Shown here one piece after another: positions 56,635-64,000 of a stretch of 64,000 nucleotides of DNA. This DNA comes from the human T2T-CHM13v2.0 reference genome, Homo sapiens: the NCBI RefSeq assembly GCF_009914755.1, contig NC_060930.1, one strand, 5' to 3'. The first letter of the stretch is position 1; every line of letters starts with the position of its first letter. Position numbers and translations under genes: made by a program. Under the pieces are notes generated by a model that was given only the letters and a program-made list of their open reading frames with translations, did no database searches and had not been told where the DNA came from.

Positions 56635-58623
56635 CTTTTATTTTAGATTTGATGGTACATGAGCAGGTTTATTACGTGGGTATATTGTGTGGTGCTGAGG
56701 TTTGGGATACAAATGATCTGTGACCCAGGTAGTGAGCATAGTACCCAACAGTTAGGTTTTCACCTCTTGCCCCCATTTCTCTCTCCCACTTTTAGTTGTC
56801 CCCAGTGTCTATTGTTGCCATCTTTTTGTCCATGAGTACCCAGTGTTTACCCTCTCCTTATAAGTGGGAACACAGAGTGTTTGGTTTTCTGTTCCTGTGT
56901 AATTCATTTAGAATAATCGCCACCAGCTGCATCCATGCTGCTGCAAAGGAGATGACTTCATTCTTTTTTATAGCTGCATATTATTACATGGTATATATGT
57001 ACCACATCTTCTTTATCTAGTCTACTGCTGATGGGCACCTAGGTTGATTCCATGCCTTTGCTGTTGTGAATAGTGCTGTGACTCACATACAAGTGCATGT
57101 GTCTTTTTGGTAGGATAATTTGTTTTCTTTTGGATATATACTCAGTAATGGGATTGCTGGGTCGAATGGTAGTTCTATTTTAATTTTTTTGAGAAATCTC
57201 CAAACTGCTTTCCACAGTGGCTGAACTAATTTACATTCTCATCAACAGCATGTAAGTGTTATGTTTTCTCTTCTGCCTTACCAGCATCTGTTATTTTTTT
57301 ACTTTTTAAAAATAGCCATTCTGATTGGTGTTGAAATAGTATCTTATTGTGGGTTTGATTTGCATTTCCTGATGATTAGTGATGTGGAGCATTTTTTTCA
57401 TATTTTTTTGTCCTCTTGTATGTCTTCTTTTGAGAAGTGTCCGTTTATGTCTTTTGCCCATTGTTTCATGGTGATTTTTGGTTGTTTAATTGTTTAATAA
57501 TTTATTTACAGATCCGGGATATTGCACCTTTGTCAGATGCATAGTTTGCAAATACTTTTTCCCATTCTGTAGGTTATCCATTTACTCTGTTGATAGTTTC
57601 TTTTGCTGTGCAGAGGCTCTTTAATTTGGTCCTACTTGTCAATTTGTGTTTTTATTGCGTTGCTCTTGAGGACTTAGTCATAAATTGTTTCCCAAGGCTG
57701 ATGTCCAGAATGGTGTTTCCTAGGGTTTCCTCTGGGATTCTTATAGTTTGAGGTCCTACATTTAAATCTTTAATCCATCTTGTGTTAATATTTGTATATG
57801 GTGAAAGGTAGGGGTCCAGTTTTATTCTTCTCCATATAGATAACCAGCTATCTCAACACCATTTAACTGAATATGGCGTATTTTCCCATTTCTTATATTT
57901 GTCAACTTTGTTGAAGATCAGATGGCTGCAGGTATGTGGCTTTATTTCTGGGTTTTCTGTTATGTTCTGTTGGTCTGTGTGTCTGTTTTTGTACCACTAT
58001 CATGCTGTTTCGGTTATATAGACTTATAGTATAGTTTGAAGTTGGGTAACGTGATGCCTCTAGCATTGTTCTTTTTGCTTAGGATTGTCTTGGCTACTTG
58101 GGTTTTTTGGTTTCATATGAATTTTAGGATAGTTTTCTCTAGTTGTGTGAAAAATGATGTTGGTAGTGTTGAATCCATAGATTACTTTGGGCAGTATGGC
58201 CTTTTTAACAATATTGATTCTTCCAGTCCACGAGCATAGAATGTTTTTTCATTTGTTTGTATCATCTATGATTTCTTTCAGCAGCATTTTATAGTTCTCC
58301 TCGTAGAGATCTTTCACCTCCTTGACTAGCTGTATTCCTACGTATTTTTGTGTGTGTGTGGCTATTGTAAATGGGATTGTGTTCTTGATTTAGACTGTCA
58401 GTTTGAGTGTTGTGTTTGGAAATGCTACTGATTTTTGTACATTGAATTTGTATCCCGAAACTTTACTAAAGTAGTTTATCAGTTCCAGGATCCTGTTGGT
58501 GGAGTCTTCAGGGTTTTCTAGGTATGGACTCAGATTGTTGGTGAAGAGAGATAGTTTGACTCCTTTTCCTATTTGGATGCCTTTTATTTCTTTCTCTTGC
58601 CTGATTGCTCTGGCTAGGACTTC
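56635..58623 (-). mobile_element. 5'-truncated older L1 (L1PB/L1MA-like)
   Basis: L1 3' UTR and degraded ORF2 ([20 protein letters not shown]...FSKVSGYK) on the minus strand. Confidence 0.9.
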
Positions 58624-60139
58624 TGAAATCTGGAAAGGCTTTGTCATGAGGTTCTGGGATTAGTTTGATCAATATTTTAAGGTAGCCTACATGATAGATC
58701 AATTGGGCTAGATTTTTAAGAGGTAAGAAACCACTTTAATGGAAAACCTTGATGTGTAGTTCATTAATATTTAGGCTAGTGAATTAACTAACAATTTTTA
58801 AACTGTCGATTCTGAATACAGCTAAGTTCCTTAGTCATTTGAAGTTCTATCAGTACATTTGAGAACATATATGATTTATAACTACAGTACCCTGTACTGT
58901 ACATTTGAGCTTATAACAATTAGATCCAATTTAGATTTACCTGATTGAAACATTTCATCTTTCTTATTAAAAGTTTTTATTTTCATTCTTGTAGTTATTT
59001 CTTGGGTTTCACACTTTAGCTTTTTAGGAATTTTTCAATTTATATTCAGCAGAAGTGGAGAATAGAGGCTGTTATAACTAGTTTTTATAATGTTGCAAAT
59101 CAAATATTGCTAATTTTGAAGCAGCTGGTAGGTATTTGGGATTCCATTACATTTTCCTCTTTGCTTTTGTGTTATATTTGAATATTTCCATACTAAAAGT
59201 TGTTGCAAATTAATAATTTTTATATAATTGATAAAGTTGAGGAAATAATAAGCATATGGAAGAGTTCAAGAACACTATCAAGGAATATGACTATAATTGA
59301 CATTTACAGAACTCCACTTAAATACAGCATACATGTTTTTTAAAAAGCATATGTTCACCAAAGTTGACCATATTCCCAGCAATAAAATACAGCTCAATAC
59401 ATATCAAATGATTGAAATCTTATAAATATGTTCTCTAAAGACAGTATAATTAAATTAGAAAAAGAAAAAATTCCAAAAAAAGATATAGTCTGGCTTGAAG
59501 TAATTTGGAGCTTTTTTTTGGACTCTATGGTACTGACCTAGTCTTGGAAGGCTGGCAGTCTCCCAGCTCAAACCTGACTTAAAGAAGTAAACATTAACAA
59601 TGATTTTGTAAGTCTCAATATATCAGCTATCCTCTGTAGATGTTTTTACTTCTTCCTCTTTCAAATACATGATTACACCATTTAGAAACTATGGAGGCCT
59701 AACATTTGGCATGGTGCTTTGAAGATCCCAGGTGACCAAAATTTTTTTGGTGGACAGGTTTATTCCCACCTGAAGGCCATAAAACACCAAGAGAAGAAAG
59801 ATGATAAAGGAGATGGAATTTGGAAGCCAGAGTCATTATACAAATTTTTGGCTAGTCAAGGATAGGCTGACTGGAAGGGATACCATATCCTTAATTTGGG
59901 CTCAAAGACAAATTCAAAGTTTTCTTGTCTTACTAAATCAAACAATTTCTGTTTAATTACTTGGTCTTCTTGATGAGAGTTAGTCCTCATATGATCAGAT
60001 GTCCTAAATAGCCAGCTGTCCTAAAGTCTACTTATCTGTGAGATTTTGTGATAGTGATGTTGCACTGAGGCTCAATTTGAAACTTTATTTCAGTTGTTGA
60101 TAAGCAAACTTCTCAGTGACTTAAAGCTACTGAATGTCT

Positions 60140-60765
<626 letters not shown>

Positions 60766-60876
60766 GAATGTGTCTTTAAATGTTTACCCATTTGATAGGA
60801 CAAGAGTGAAGATCAATGGCAATTTGTGACCTTAATGTCTCCTCTAGTGTAATGTTGTGTCTTTTCTGTTTTACAG

Positions 60877-60946
60877 TTGAGAACATGGTAACTGTTGGAA
60901 AAACCATTCTTGAAAGAAATAATTTCACTGACTTCACGAATGTGAG
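60877..60946 (+). CDS. HINT3: HINT3 coding exon 3 (VENMVTVGKTILERNNFTDFTNVR)
   Basis: Acceptor CTGTTTTACAG, donor AG|GTGTGT, 70 nt, phase 1 to 2. Confidence 0.95.
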
Positions 60947-61206
60947 GTGTGTATACTTCCAGATGGAAACCAATATTATACATTATTGACGTTTTTCAAA
61001 ATGTCATTTCTCCATGGAAAATGGAAACAGAGGTGGCAGTTTGTGGTTTAAATGTAGTTTTCCTGAAAGTGAGAATATAGTTCATTGGTAGTATAAATGT
61101 AATAAAACTTCCTCTTGTGTCTCAATATCTTCCAATAATTTCCACTTGAAGTTTGGACAGACAAGTCTATATGGGCAGTGGGTAGGTAAAATAGTTACAA
61201 GTCTAC

Positions 61207-61507
61207 TTTTTAAAAAAAAATTTTTGAGATAGGATCTCACTGTGTTGCCCAGGCTAGAGTGCAGTGGTGTGATCATGGCTCATTGCAGCCTCAACCTCCC
61301 AGACTGAGTATCCTTCTACCTCAGCCTCCAGAGTAGCTGGGACCACAGGCAAGTACTGCCACACCCGGCTAATTTTAAAATTTTTTAGGTAGAGACAGGG
61401 TCTCCCTATGTTGCCCAGGCTTGTCTCAAACTCCTGGGCTCAAGTGATTCTCCTGCCTCAGCCTCACACAAGTTCTGGGATTACAGGTGTGAGTCACCAC
61501 ACCCAGC
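61207..61507 (-). mobile_element. AluJ-like
   Basis: Dimeric Alu with J-type features. Confidence 0.85.
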
Positions 61508-61615
61508 AAATCTACTTTTCTTTGTTCAATATGGGCATTCCTATAAAACTGTATGCAAGTTGAATTTTCTTAGAAAAATTTTATATGATTTAAAAACACA
61601 TGATTATAATTCTAA

Positions 61616-62038
<423 letters not shown>

Positions 62039-63466
62039 TTAAAAGATTTCCAATTTTGCTTCTGTGACCCAAGCAGGTATAATGGAGATTACTTCTAACA
62101 CTTTTGACCTAGAATTCAGAATAGACTTGAATTCTAATGCCATCCATGCTACTTGTGGTGTACTCTACGTACACTGTCTGTATTAGTTTAGACATGCCAT
62201 TTAGCCTCTCCAAGATAATACCTGCTCTGCCTGCTGGTAGGTGCAAATGAGATTCTCTGTGTGAAAAATCCTCCAAAAACTGTTAAGTATTACCAAGTGT
62301 GATAATGACAAGGAACAAATGGTGTTTGAGACCCTTTGGCCAGAAGCCACACATTTCCTTCACAGTCATAGGATACTTATTAGAAGAATGAACACTGGAC
62401 AAAGAATTGAGAGCCCTGAGTCTCAACTCCAGCTCCACGACTGTCTAACTTTGTGACCTTGGGAATATTTTAAACTTTCTGGATCATGGCTTCTCCATCT
62501 TTAAGATGAAAAGATTGAGTGAACCTTTGAGTTGCTTCAAGCTTCTAGATTATTTGATTCTACATTATATGACTGTTTGGCAGAAGGAAAACCTAGTCTC
62601 CTCTTCTAGGTGGTGGTGGAAATTTTAAAGTATGTACTGCATATCTGACTCCACATTGCTAGTCCCAGAGGATCACTGCTGCAGTATAGCACTTCTATGC
62701 CTCCTTTCCACACTTCCACTCACTGATACCTTGAACAGGCAAATATTTCTAGGCTTTGATTATTGTTACAGGTGTGTGTTGCTCTGCTGAGCATAGGTGG
62801 ACTTGCAAAAATTTTTGTAAGCTTATTTTTAAGAGTTTAAATCATATTTTAAAAACTTTGTAACCATTTAAAGGAATTCTTGTGTATCTTTTAGGAAGCA
62901 CATAATTATCATTATCATCTAACTTATTTTAAGTATTAAACAAGAAACCTGGGTGATGACGAAAGTTTTTTATGATGACATAATTAATCTCACTACTGAA
63001 ATATTGTTGGTTTGGTGGGAAATGTCTGAGTACTTTATTAAAGGAAAAAGTGTGCCATCTACTGGCTATGTATTGAATAAAGGAACACGACTACTTGAGT
63101 GTCCAGTGATGTTTTTAAAAATTCATTGCAAGAGCATATTTTAAGAGAATGAAAGCTTACGATGATAAAGACTGAAGTGATAAGACATTATGCCAACTCA
63201 GAATTCATAAAGATTATACTGAGGCGTAATATGCTGTTAAGGCCTTCCTTGATGATGAGCTTATGTTACTACGAACTTCAACATGAAAAGAAGAGGAAGT
63301 GTGTGAATCCTCTGAAGTGCATAAAGAGAAACATTAATGAGATTTGTGACAGTCTATTTACCTTAGGTACTTATTTTGGATCTCATTAAAATTTATGTGT
63401 TTTCACCTGAAAAATGACTTTATTTTAGAACTGGTTTGTCAATCATCTCTTTACTTTCTATTTTAG

Positions 63467-63593
63467 GATGGGTTTTCATATGCCACCATTCTGTTCCATT
63501 TCCCACTTGCACCTTCATGTTCTGGCACCAGTGGATCAGCTTGGCTTCTTATCCAAGTTGGTTTATAGAGTCAATTCCTATTGGTTTATCACA
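63467..63593 (+). CDS. HINT3: HINT3 coding exon 4 ([42 protein letters not shown]); last exon lies beyond the window
   Basis: Acceptor TTTCTATTTTAG, donor ACA|GTGAGT, 127 nt. Contains the histidine triad HLHLHVL. Confidence 0.96.
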
Positions 63594-64000
63594 GTGAGTA
63601 TTCTTGTTATGTCAGCAGCATACAAAAATATTTAAAATATCCTTTTCATTGTAGTTTTTTCTTCTCAACAGTAGGCACTTACAGCTCTCATAGACTTGAT
63701 TACCTGTTTTAACATACTGCTTGCGCATATCCAAAATAATATTTTTAATTTGGGGGATTTTGAAGATCATCAGTCTGTAGGAAGAGAAGCTATGGCTAAA
63801 TCTTCCCCATTGCAAGTAGCAGATACGATATAGAAGAACCATGGTATTCAGAGTTCTGACTCTGGAGTCAGATCTGGATTCAAATTCTGGCTGCAGTGCT
63901 TGCTTGAGGGTCCATGTGAAAGTTACTTACATTTTTTAAGGCTCAAGGTCTTTATCTATTACCTGCATATAGGTAACAGTGCCTATACCTAGGGTTGATA

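Noticed and set aside
63250-63320. Box C/D snoRNA candidate (ATGATGA...CTGA) upstream of HINT3 exon 4
   Set aside because: No convincing terminal stem or recognisable rRNA guide; such motifs occur by chance in AT-rich introns.

Overview
Primate (human-like) genomic DNA. The + strand carries the 3' part of NCOA7: one long-isoform exon, the alternative first exon of the short interferon-inducible isoform with an upstream ISRE, five TLDc-region exons and the 3' UTR. A repeat-dense ~25 kb intergenic interval follows, then the HINT3 CpG-island promoter and coding exons 1-4 (HIT motif HLHLHVL). All exons were checked by hand for AG/GT boundaries and frame. The best unexplained signal is a minus-strand retrocopy of the mitochondrial microprotein gene SMIM26 at 38110-38583. 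It has an uninterrupted 95-codon ORF, an 11-bp target-site duplication and an AATAAA, and it is nested in an MLT1 LTR inside an L2, about 7 kb from the HINT3 promoter in the divergent orientation. Also notable: a deleted hybrid provirus mixing gamma-type RNase H and two beta-type integrase tails (1-1492), an L1 with a short 3' transduction, Alus with G-rich tails, and the HINT3 Ala36 allele. Gene and repeat-family names come from recognition, not database searches.
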